Assembly: GCA_947491545.1 (NCBI GenBank)
Contig: CANLJX010000004.1
Span: 1 to 54,555 of the forward strand
Direction: 5' to 3'
DNA length: 54,555 nucleotides
Origin: Deltaproteobacteria bacterium
Lineage (GTDB): Bacteria > Bdellovibrionota_C > UBA2361 > OMII01
Every line of letters starts with the position of its first letter. Position 1 is the stretch's first letter. The notes beneath the pieces are model-generated. The model was not told the DNA's origin. It worked only from the letters and a program-made list of their open reading frames with translations, and did not search any database. Positions 30,022 through 38,343 of the stretch are shown here, in pieces. The translations under genes and the position numbers were made by a program.

Positions 30022-31368
30022 CTAGGGCACCTCAAGCACAAGGCAGTAGTCCTGGGAGCCGTACAGCAGGGCGTTGAGCTGCTTGATGTTCTCGTTGATG
30101 CGAGAGATGGCATCCTTCACGGCTGGCAGGTGGCTTGAGTCAACAGGGATCTCTTTGAGGAGCTGGTTCGGTGATACTGGCGAGAGCGGCAGCACCTCCT
30201 TGATTGCGAGGCCAGCGAGGGTCGCCATGTACCCAAGCGTGTCGGGGTGCATCGGCCAGACGTGGGTCGGGTCACGGAAGTAGTTTGATGAGAGAGCGAG
30301 CACTGACTGCGGATTAATCGTCTCAAACGCAACTGTTGAGCCGGGCAGCAGCTTCGCCTTCGCTAGTGCAAATAGCTCATGCAGCTGCTGGCGGGTGAGA
30401 TGCTCAACAACTTGAATAGCAACGAGCCCGCCGAGTGAGCGGTCAGGCAGGGAGCGCAAATGCGCGATCCCGTCGCCGAACTGCGTGTTGCAGCCGGCCG
30501 CATTTGCGACGTTGACCATCGCCGGATCGAGATCGACACCGTACGATTCAATTTTATCGCTCTTGAGGAGCCGCTGTAGCTCTCCGCGGCCTGAGCCAAT
30601 CTCAAGCACCTTCCCCTTCGCTGTGGCGAACATCGGTGGATAGACCTTGAGCCGACGCTCGATCTCAGCCTCGCTGCCACGGAAGCGATTTTCGAGGAGC
30701 AGGTACGAGATGTCTGCTGGGGCAGCACTACCGGGAGCTTCTGCAGCGCTAGGCGGAGTGGTGTTGCAAATCGTCGCCTGGTTGTTGAGCATCCCCTCTA
30801 GCCCACGAATCATCTGGTCGAGGGTCTTTACACGTCCCTCAAAGGCGACGCTCAGGTCCCGGAGCTGCTTCTCAACGCCAAAGATGGCCAGCGACTTCTC
30901 GTCGTCTACGCGGGCGAGGCGAGAGAGGGCCTGGTTGTCGCGAGCATCGACGTAGCGCGCCATGTCGTTTAAGAAGCGCACGAGGTTTATGTGAAAGTCT
31001 TCCTCCGCTTGGAGGTAATCGCGCAACACAGCATCGCGCGTGAAGACGGTGAGGAAACGCTTGAACTTGACCAGCAGCCGCCCGAGCAAGCCCCGGCGAT
31101 GCGTGGTTATTGAGGCCTCAGAGATATTTCCGCGAAAGGAGAAGGAGCGGTTGAGCAGCTTAAGCTCCTCTGATCGCTGCATGTCGCCGTAGCTTATCCC
31201 GTTCTCATCAGCGAATCGGACAGCGGCTTTGGAGAGACCAGCTCGGGAGTCGAGGCTTGAGTCGATGTCGCTCTTAATTCGCTCGCGGATCTCAGCCATC
31301 AGGGCGGGGATGTCCGGGCGTTCCTGTGGGCCAGCCTGTTTTGCAAGCTCTCGTACTGACTCTGACAT
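30022..31368 (-). CDS. Coiled-coil plus class I SAM methyltransferase (glycan chain-capping type, WbbD-like)
   Basis: ENRFRGS, VLEIGSGRGE, GVDLD, QVVEHL, ETINP, DPTHV.P, LLYGSQDY; GGAGG SD before ATG 31368. Confidence 0.85.
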   Translation of the reverse strand: MSESVRELAKQAGPQERPDIPALMAEIRERIKSDIDSSLDSRAGLSKAAVRFADENGISYGDMQRSEELKLLNRSFSFRGNISEASITTHRRGLLGRLLVKFKRFLTVFTRDAVLRDYLQAEEDFHINLVRFLNDMARYVDARDNQALSRLARVDDEKSLAIFGVEKQLRDLSVAFEGRVKTLDQMIRGLEGMLNNQATICNTTPPSAAEAPGSAAPADISYLLLENRFRGSEAEIERRLKVYPPMFATAKGKVLEIGSGRGELQRLLKSDKIESYGVDLDPAMVNVANAAGCNTQFGDGIAHLRSLPDRSLGGLVAIQVVEHLTRQQLHELFALAKAKLLPGSTVAFETINPQSVLALSSNYFRDPTHVWPMHPDTLGYMATLAGLAIKEVLPLSPVSPNQLLKEIPVDSSHLPAVKDAISRINENIKQLNALLYGSQDYCLVLEVP

Positions 31369-31469
31369 GTGCAACACTTCCTCCCGGCGGGCGATTCCCC
31401 GCAAACGGCTATCCTGTAGAGTTAGGCGCGAGCCGTCAAGTGCCCGAAAGGGGAAAAAGCGCAGCTACT

Positions 31470-32789
31470 TCAGTGAGTTGAGCCGAGAATTGAGGCTGCG
31501 ACGTGCTGAGCACGCTCGCGCAGCTCCCTAACAGCGGTAATCTCCCACAGCACCTCCTTCTGAAGTGGCCCCACCACAGCGAAATTGGGTCGGTGCGGAA
31601 CCCCTTCGGTGTCGAGACCAAGCGCTAGCTGGCCTGGTCGGATCAGCTGCTGAGCAACGAGGCTCGCCACCAGGGGATGGTCGATCCGACGAATGTCGCC
31701 CTCTGGCCCAGCACACATGAAGCCTGCGTCGAAGCGGAGCCGCTCGGCTTCTCCGCCACAGCCCCGCAGCGTGACAACAGCTTCACGGGCTGATACCTCG
31801 GACACCTTGCCGGCCCGGATCGTCAACCGCCCTGCTGCTTGCAGCTCGCGGATGGCCTGCAGGTGCTCGTGCGGGATGCGGTGCCGATGAATCTCCCAGA
31901 AGGGGCGCAGGTGCCGGAGAAAAGCCCGTTGCTCAGTCAGAGAGAGGTTGGTCCACATCTGCTGGATCTTTGGCCGCATGGCGTCGAACACGGGCTGCGA
32001 CGAGCCGCACGCGCGCGATGCTTTGCGAATCGTCTTGAGCAGCGCAAAGGCCGTGCCAGGGTTCTCCCAGGACGGGGGAAGCGAGGCGCTGGGAAAAGAT
32101 GCTGGGTCTTCGTGCGAGAGAGGGAAGCGCCCGTTACGAGAGACAACCGAGTAGTGACCCTTAAAGCCGCGCCCCTCGCTCTCCATGATCACGTCGACTG
32201 CAGTGAGCGAGCTCCCGAGGATAAAAAGCTTGCGCAGCTGATCGAGGTCTCGGTAGCTCTGCGGGTTAAAAGGCTCTCGTAGGGCGCCTTTGGTTCCTAC
32301 ATCGCCAACACCACGACGTAAAATGTTCCCGATCGCGAGCACAACGCTGGCAGCCTCTAGTTGCTCCCCGCTCGCAAGCAGCAGGGCAAAGGATGAGCCA
32401 TCCGGTCGCTGTGTTACCTCAACCACCTCGTCCGTCTTGAGAGTCAAGCGCTGAGGCTCTCGCTGCACCGCTTCAGAGACCAGCTCCTGCAGGTAGAGCC
32501 CGTACTGCTGCCGGGAGATGAAGCTCTCGCCTGAAACAGTTGGCTCCCCCTTTTGTAGCCAATGAAGGAAGCCTTCCGGCTCCTGCGGAAAAGCCCCCAT
32601 CGCCTTAGCGCGCACGTTGAGCTTGAAGCGGTGGCTCGGGACTGTGTAGGCAAGACCGGGACCAAACGTCCCGCGCGGGTCGAAAAGCACCACGCGCAGA
32701 TCGTCTGGGGCATTTGGCTGACGAAGGATATTAAGAGCCGTCAGCGAGCCGCTAAAGCCGGCTCCTATGATGGCGATTGTGTGCGGCAT
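31470..32789 (-). CDS. FAD/NAD(P)-binding protein (NAD_binding_9/YdhS-like)
   Basis: IAIIGAGFSG, GPGLAY, LNVRA..M.AFP, GSSLTAVD, WEIHRHRIP, LWEITAVRELR. Confidence 0.88.
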   Translation of the reverse strand: MPHTIAIIGAGFSGSLTALNILRQPNAPDDLRVVLFDPRGTFGPGLAYTVPSHRFKLNVRAKAMGAFPQEPEGFLHWLQKGEPTVSGESFISRQQYGLYLQELVSEAVQREPQRLTLKTDEVVEVTQRPDGSSFALLLASGEQLEAASVVLAIGNILRRGVGDVGTKGALREPFNPQSYRDLDQLRKLFILGSSLTAVDVIMESEGRGFKGHYSVVSRNGRFPLSHEDPASFPSASLPPSWENPGTAFALLKTIRKASRACGSSQPVFDAMRPKIQQMWTNLSLTEQRAFLRHLRPFWEIHRHRIPHEHLQAIRELQAAGRLTIRAGKVSEVSAREAVVTLRGCGGEAERLRFDAGFMCAGPEGDIRRIDHPLVASLVAQQLIRPGQLALGLDTEGVPHRPNFAVVGPLQKEVLWEITAVRELRERAQHVAASILGSTH

Positions 32790-32814
32790 GGCGAGACCTT
32801 AGCACCCTGAAGGT

Positions 32815-33700
32815 GGGTGAAAAAGGGGATAGAGGTGCTCTGCAGAAAACACGTGGAGTCTCAAAGCAGATTGTAAAGGGGCATAGCATTCCTCATCCTA
32901 ATCCTTCTCTTTCTCGTGCAGCTGCACCGACTCCTGATCATAATCGAGTCGGTAGGAGTAGTTGTTATGCCGGTCAATCCTGCCCGGTGCCGTGCCCGGG
33001 TAAGGTGTGCGCAGCATGTGCCGCACTAACCGGGAGCGGCCACGGTAACGGGTCCGGTTCCGGCTGCGGCTCCGCAGCGCTCAGCGGAACGTGCACATTC
33101 ACGTTGGGGGCTGGTATGGGCAGAAGGGGGAGTTTCACAAAGAGAGCGGCGAGGACCGAGAGAGGGGGATTTATTCCCCACCCCCTCTCTGTTCTCGCTG
33201 CTCTCTTTGTTCAAATGATTGGTTGCATATGCTCCCGTTCCCGTTCCCGTTCCCGTTCCCGTTCCCGTTCCCGTTCCCGAGCGCGAGGATGGATGTGTGT
33301 GGGGGAGCAGAAGGGGGAGTTTTACAAAGAGAGCGGCGAGGCCGGAGAGAGGGGGGATTTATTTCCCACCCGTCGCTGTTCTCTTTTTTCAAATAACTGG
33401 TCGGATATGTTCCCGTTCCCGGGCAAGAAGTGTTGCGGCGAGTGTTCCACCAACCGGGAGCGGCCACGGCACCGGTTCCGGCTGCGGCTCCGCAGCGCTT
33501 AGCGGAACTACTTGTGTACGTAAACGTGAACGCACCCGAAATAGGGGTCATTTGGACTGCGCAGACGAGGACGAGGAATCCAGTGCAAGTGCAGGAGAAG
33601 GAGGACGAGCAGGGGAAGGATTGGGAAGAGAGCGGCGGGCTATTTAGCCTCGGTCGGGAGGACACGTGTTCTACTTGGCATGTCCGTTACCCTTTTCGCT
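32815..33700. repeat. Large composite repeat island: C(-), B pair, D, A, (CCCGTT)7, A, B pair, D, C(+)
   Basis: C 32815-32950 (-) and 33564-33700 (+); B 32983-33090 and 33411-33508; A 33137-33210 and 33324-33389; SSR 33234-33279. Confidence 0.85.
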
Positions 33701-33711
33701 GGGTCACGGCA

Positions 33712-34326
33712 TCACAGCTCAGCGTGGTAGCACCCACTCCTCGTCGCTCGTTCAGTTGCCTCACCGTAATTCGAAAAGAAGGTCTCGCCTTCGCCAAAGA
33801 CACGCATGGATCGCAGGGGAGGGGAGTAGCAGTGCACGGTCACGAGATCCTCGCCGCTGCTAGAGTAGTTCGCCACGAGGTGGATGTCGTTGTCTGAGCT
33901 GACGGTGACCTCCCCCGAAGAGACTGCATGGCTGCCTGAGGGGATCAGGGGGCCCATCCCAGAAGCCGTAAATCCTATCTCGATAGCCTCCCCACGCATC
34001 ACGTATACTCCGCAGGTCGAGCCGGCGTGGTTGTGGATCGGGGTGCGCTGTCCTGGTCGCCAGCAGAGCAGGAGCACGTCGACGAAGCTGTTTGAGAAAA
34101 TCCGGTTGCGGCAGTAGGATTCGGCATCGAATCGCTCGAAGGTGGCGAGCTCGCTGGTGCATTTAGAGAGGGAGGCGAGTAGCTCTCGAACTTCTCTCTC
34201 AGAGAGGGGGCTGGCCAGCTCGTGCAGCGTTCGTAATGACCCGAGAAGTCTTCGGGGGGTGTCCGCACGCTCGTCCGAGCAAAGGTGCTGGGTAATCTGC
34301 TGTGAGAGGGCTGCTGAGTTCCGCAT
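33712..34326 (-). CDS. Cysteine dioxygenase-family (3-His cupin) thiol dioxygenase
   Basis: YCRN, LLCWRPGQRTPIHNH, IHLVAN, TVHCYSPPL; start ATG 34326 avoids overlap with the divergent Rrf2 gene. Confidence 0.88.
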   Translation of the reverse strand: MRNSAALSQQITQHLCSDERADTPRRLLGSLRTLHELASPLSEREVRELLASLSKCTSELATFERFDAESYCRNRIFSNSFVDVLLLCWRPGQRTPIHNHAGSTCGVYVMRGEAIEIGFTASGMGPLIPSGSHAVSSGEVTVSSDNDIHLVANYSSSGEDLVTVHCYSPPLRSMRVFGEGETFFSNYGEATERATRSGCYHAEL

Positions 34327-34342
34327 ACCGAGTCGTAGGAGA

Positions 34343-34372
34343 TGTTTACTTAGTTTATCGGGTTTGTAAACA
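34343..34372. promoter_or_regulatory. Putative Rrf2 operator in the 46-bp divergent spacer
   Basis: AT-rich inverted repeat TGTTTAC-N16-GTAAACA ending immediately before the Rrf2 ATG. Confidence 0.5.
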
Positions 34373-34813
34373 ATGAAACTTACCAACAAGTCTGAGTATG
34401 CGCTCTTGGCCCTAACAGAGTTGGCTCGCAACTACGGCAAGGGGCTGGTTTCTGGGGATGATCTCGCCGAGCGCCAGGGGGTGCCGAAGCGCTTCCTCCA
34501 GCAGATCCTCTTCGGACTCAAGCGTGCTGGGTACGTTCGATCAGTGAAAGGGCAGGATGGGGGATACGAGCTCTCCAAGGACCCCTCCGCAGTTACGGTT
34601 GCAGAGATCGTTCGATTCTTCGAGGGGCCTCTGGCTCCCACGACCTCGGTGAGCAAAAACTTCTATGAGCCGAGCCCAATCGAGCGCGAGAAGGGGCTGA
34701 TGGGACTCTTTGCGCGTATTCGCAACGAGGTGGCCAGTATTCTTGAGGCGACTACGTTGGCGGAGGTTAGCGGCGTTCGCCGCAGCTCTGGCAGTCGATC
34801 TAAGCGACGGTAG
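34373..34813 (+). CDS. Rrf2-family transcriptional regulator (Cys-free, CymR-like)
   Basis: KSEYALLAL, FLQQIL..LKRAG.VRSVKG..GGYEL, EGPLAP. Confidence 0.93.
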   Translation: MKLTNKSEYALLALTELARNYGKGLVSGDDLAERQGVPKRFLQQILFGLKRAGYVRSVKGQDGGYELSKDPSAVTVAEIVRFFEGPLAPTTSVSKNFYEPSPIEREKGLMGLFARIRNEVASILEATTLAEVSGVRRSSGSRSKRR

Positions 34814-34829
34814 CGAGAAAGTCGCGAAA

Positions 34830-35107
34830 GGAAGGGGCTCCTTTGTTTACGCGATTTGCGCGAAGACATTTATTTACAACGAGAGCGGCGAGGGGAAGCC
34901 CCTTGTTTCTACCCATCTCTCGTTGTCCTCGCTGAACTCTTTGTGCAATTCCTTCTGTTGCTATCTGGCGAAAGAAGGGGGCTGGTACCTGTATGTGCGC
35001 GATTTGTGTGAGGACATTAATTAACAAAGAGAGCGGCGAGAGCGGTGAGGGGAAGCCCCTTGTTCCTGCCCATCTCCGGTTGCCCTCGCTGAACTCTTTG
35101 TGCAATT
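34830..35107. repeat. Tandem pair of module A hairpins (34876-34944, 35024-35101) with shared flanks and loops
   Basis: Both units share GCGATTTG..GA.GACATT.ATT.ACAA, loop GAGGGGAAGCCCCTTGTT and CTCGCTGAACTCTTTGTGCAATT; between convergent genes. Confidence 0.85.
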
Positions 35108-35117
35108 ACTAATGTCG

Positions 35118-35768
35118 CTAGCTGTCCAAGAAATTCCCCTTCCGCAGAAATAAAGCCGAGAGCCTTGCAGCTTCACTGCTGAAAGGAAACAGCGCATGCA
35201 GCATGAAGCGCTTCGCACGGCCCTCTGCGCTGCCAAGCGTCGCCTCACGGACCGTAACAACACCATCGTTGTCCTCGCCAAAGAGCGGCATAAAGCCGAG
35301 GCGCGAGCCGCCCGAACCTACGACGCAGCCTATGGAAATCTGTTTCGGCTGCTCGGGCAACTGGAGTTCTGCGAGCTGCGCTAGCACCGGACCGAAGAGT
35401 GCGCGGAACGGTCGTGCACGGTTGAGAAAAGCAGCGATTGAAGCGCCCCCGTGAGGTGAGCCGAGGGTAACGAGCCGATGCAGCGGCGCAGGCGAGTCTC
35501 CACGGGCGTCGAGAGCTCTCACCACGATTCCGCCGAGCGAGTGCCCAACGAAAGACACGGGCTCTCCGCGAGCTTTTTCGCCGACAAAGAGAGCGAGCTG
35601 CTCGACGATCTGCTCAAGCGTTAGGCGCCGTGAACGGTAGTCGAACGTATGCACACTAGCCTCAGGCAAGAGACGCCGAAGCCGCGGAGCGAGCAGAAAC
35701 ATGTCATGCCGCGAGCGGGCGAGGCCGTGCACCAAGATGGTGTGAGGCGCGACGGAATGGCGCTCCAT
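35118..35768 (-). CDS. Alpha/beta hydrolase (lipase/esterase-like)
   Basis: VHGL, VGHSLGG, TLGSPH.G, NDGVV, catalytic His in MLH. Confidence 0.88.
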   Translation of the reverse strand: MERHSVAPHTILVHGLARSRHDMFLLAPRLRRLLPEASVHTFDYRSRRLTLEQIVEQLALFVGEKARGEPVSFVGHSLGGIVVRALDARGDSPAPLHRLVTLGSPHGGASIAAFLNRARPFRALFGPVLAQLAELQLPEQPKQISIGCVVGSGGSRLGFMPLFGEDNDGVVTVREATLGSAEGRAKRFMLHALFPFSSEAARLSALFLRKGNFLDS

Positions 35769-36623
35769 CTACCCCCGGCTCCTCACCTCGTTACGGCATG
35801 CTCCGAGCCCCGATACAGAGTACTCGATAACGTCCCCGGCCCGGAGAAATCGGGGTGGTTTCATCCCGGCGCCAACGCCAGCCGGGGTTCCCGTGCTGAT
35901 GACGTCACCAGGCAGCAACGTCATAAAGTGCGAGATGTACGACACGAGGAAGGGAACCTTGAAGATCATGTCGGCAGTGCTGCCGTCTTGAACCCTTTCG
36001 CCGTTAAGGGAGAGCTTTAGAGAAAACCCGCTTGAGTCCGGAACTTCATCGGTCGTTGCGAGGAAGGGGCCAAACGGGGCAAAAGTGTCACAGCTCTTTC
36101 CCTTGATAAACTGCCCGCCGCGCTCCTTCTGGAATGCTCGTTCGCTGACGTCGTTCATGATGCAGAACCCAGCCAGATGCAAGAGCGCGCTTTCTTCGCT
36201 GATGCACGATGCCCGCTGGCCTACTACGAGCGCAAGCTCAACCTCCCAATCAGCTTTCGCTGCACCGATCGGCAGCACTATCGGATCAAATGCTCCACAC
36301 ATAGCGGTCGTCGCTTTTGCGAAGATCATCGGCTCTGGCGGCAGAGGTGAGGCAGTTTCAGCGGCGTGGTCGCTGTAGTTAAGCCCCACGCAGATAATCT
36401 TGCTCGGCCGAGCTACCGGAGGCGCTACGCGCGCATCGGCTGTCACTCTCGGTGCGCTAGCAACATTCTGTGCAAGCCACGCTCTAAGGCGCGCGACGCC
36501 AGCAGAGCCGAAAAACTCCTCGTCAAAGTCGCGAAAGGCATCGGAAACATCGACCCGCTCGTTAGCTCCTAACAACACAGCGGGTCTCTCGTCACCAATC
36601 TCCCCGAATCGGCACAGTTTCAT
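35769..36623 (-). CDS. Fumarylacetoacetate hydrolase family protein
   Basis: KIICVGLNYSDH, DWEVEL, NDVSER, KGKSCDTFAP, PGDVISTGTP. Confidence 0.93.
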   Translation of the reverse strand: MKLCRFGEIGDERPAVLLGANERVDVSDAFRDFDEEFFGSAGVARLRAWLAQNVASAPRVTADARVAPPVARPSKIICVGLNYSDHAAETASPLPPEPMIFAKATTAMCGAFDPIVLPIGAAKADWEVELALVVGQRASCISEESALLHLAGFCIMNDVSERAFQKERGGQFIKGKSCDTFAPFGPFLATTDEVPDSSGFSLKLSLNGERVQDGSTADMIFKVPFLVSYISHFMTLLPGDVISTGTPAGVGAGMKPPRFLRAGDVIEYSVSGLGACRNEVRSRG

Positions 36624-36679
36624 GGGCAGAGTTCCTGATGAAGCAGAGCAGCGTGCTCGTGCAGCCGCCGCTCGGCTCC

Positions 36680-37237
36680 TTAGGCAGCGACGAGGCTGGA
36701 GAGATCAACTGGCTGGTACGTTGAGGGCTTGCGAACCTTCCCGCGAGTGTCTTTCCCGACAGCGAAGAAAACGCCGTCGACTTTGAGCACTTCAACTTTC
36801 ACCACCTCGGCAGGCCAGCTTACTTCAAGCTCGCAGTGCCACTCGTGGCTCTCAAGTTCGCGCTCTGCGCCACTCCACTTTTCGAGGCGCACAAACTTTT
36901 CGAGGTTGTTGTCGCACACGAGGTCAAATCCCGCTTCGAGCGGGATGCCGAAGGCGCAAGCATTCCAGTACATCGTGTAAGCGACATCGGCGAGGCCGTC
37001 GACCATCTCAACCGGGTCGGGCTCTGCCTTCGCCTCGTAGCTTAAGCTGTCAGGCGCGGTAATTGGGGTTCCGTTCACCACTGGTGTGACACCGAGCCCG
37101 TGAATGACGTACTCAAGAACCTCCGAAAGCAGAAGCTGGGCGCCGAGCGCACGAATTTTAGGGTCTCCGGTCTCAAGCTTTGAGCGGGTCTTTTGCCCTG
37201 CTAGGGTCATAAAGGCTTCGATCTTTGATGCGTCCAT
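36680..37237 (-). CDS. MazG-like / PRA-PH-family all-alpha NTP pyrophosphohydrolase
   Basis: SEVLEY, EMVDGLADVAY, GIP...FDLV...NLEK, GKVRKP..YQPVDL. Confidence 0.7.
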   Translation of the reverse strand: MDASKIEAFMTLAGQKTRSKLETGDPKIRALGAQLLLSEVLEYVIHGLGVTPVVNGTPITAPDSLSYEAKAEPDPVEMVDGLADVAYTMYWNACAFGIPLEAGFDLVCDNNLEKFVRLEKWSGAERELESHEWHCELEVSWPAEVVKVEVLKVDGVFFAVGKDTRGKVRKPSTYQPVDLSSLVAA

Positions 37238-37471
37238 AAACTCCTCTCTAACAGCATCGGTTATACCGTTGCTGGGTTATGGGGTCTATGGCGATCCGTT
37301 GGACGGAGGGCGTTTCGCCGCTAACAGGGCGCAGTGGCAATGACTACGTGCAGTCAGGGAGGCGATAGAGCAAGCCAAAGCAATGAGGAGAGAATGGAGG
37401 GGTGGACATCGAAGGTTTTGGAACCTTTCAGTATAATGCCGCCCCCGGAGAAGAGTTCTCCTATTAACGGA

Positions 37472-38047
37472 TTACTTGAAACGAATAGGAATTCCGAAGA
37501 AGTTCCCACCGTAGCGGTTTGTCTGGAACATGGGCCCGTTGAAACCGTTTCGACCAGCCTGGAAGCCGGCAAACGAGACGGTTCCATTTTTCCCGATGTA
37601 CGGCGCGGTCATGTTGGTCCGGTAGGACCCACGATGGGGGACGAAGGCATTCTGCCCTGGCGTCAACCCGCCGTATTGCTGAAACCACCCAACTTGGTTG
37701 GGGAGGTTTCCGCCACCCAAACGCTGCCCCCCTTGGCTGTAGGATCCCCTAGACCAGTCGGTCGCAGGGCCCGCATTGCTGTTGGGGCGATAAACACCTC
37801 CGGAGCGTGGCACCGGGGGTTCGGAAACATCTGCTCGCGCAGGCTCCCCTTTCTTGATCAGAGCGTCTCTCCTTTTCTGGAGGGACTCGATCTGAGCCAT
37901 CAGCTTCTTCTTGGTATCCGGGTCGGCTTTCGCCGCCTGGACGCCAAGTTGATAGATGCGGTACCCGATCTCATCCACCGTTTCCTGCGCACGCAGGGTG
38001 GTGGAGGACAAAATCATCGCCAGCACAATAAAAACGATCTTCTTCAT
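37472..38047 (-). CDS. Hypothetical secreted Gly/Asn/Gln-rich protein
   Basis: AAAGGGGA SD; MKKIVFIVLAMILSSTTLRA signal peptide; low-complexity C-terminal half. Confidence 0.7.
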   Translation of the reverse strand: MKKIVFIVLAMILSSTTLRAQETVDEIGYRIYQLGVQAAKADPDTKKKLMAQIESLQKRRDALIKKGEPARADVSEPPVPRSGGVYRPNSNAGPATDWSRGSYSQGGQRLGGGNLPNQVGWFQQYGGLTPGQNAFVPHRGSYRTNMTAPYIGKNGTVSFAGFQAGRNGFNGPMFQTNRYGGNFFGIPIRFK

Positions 38048-38343
38048 TTGATCCCCTTTCTAGGGTCTAGAGAGAACGTCCGGTCTTACTGCAACCACTG
38101 CAGCTCCAGGACGCCATCGCCGACACAGCAGCGTGTCTAGCCAAGGCGGCCAAGAGCTACCAAAAAACCATCGACTTCGATGTCTCTACCCGTATGGAGA
38201 TTTCAAATGAACCGGAGAGTATATGATAACTTCAGTCCAATCCGTCGCGTATGGTGCGCGAATCAAAACCTCAAAGCAAGCCGCACCAGCAGCTCCTAGC
38301 TGTAACCTGTCTGGATTAGACCGGAATAGAACTGCGGAAAAGC

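Noticed and set aside
32777-33897. ORFs with SRSRSR, FPFPFP, PVPVPV, GNGNGN tracts
   Set aside because: All are translations of the (CCCGTT)n tract and repeat modules in several frames; no coding signal
3484-35101. Module A as simple Rho-independent terminators
   Set aside because: Stems of 25-30 bp with large loops, high sequence conservation between loci, no consistent U-tract, and one copy between divergent genes; a terminator side-effect is not excluded
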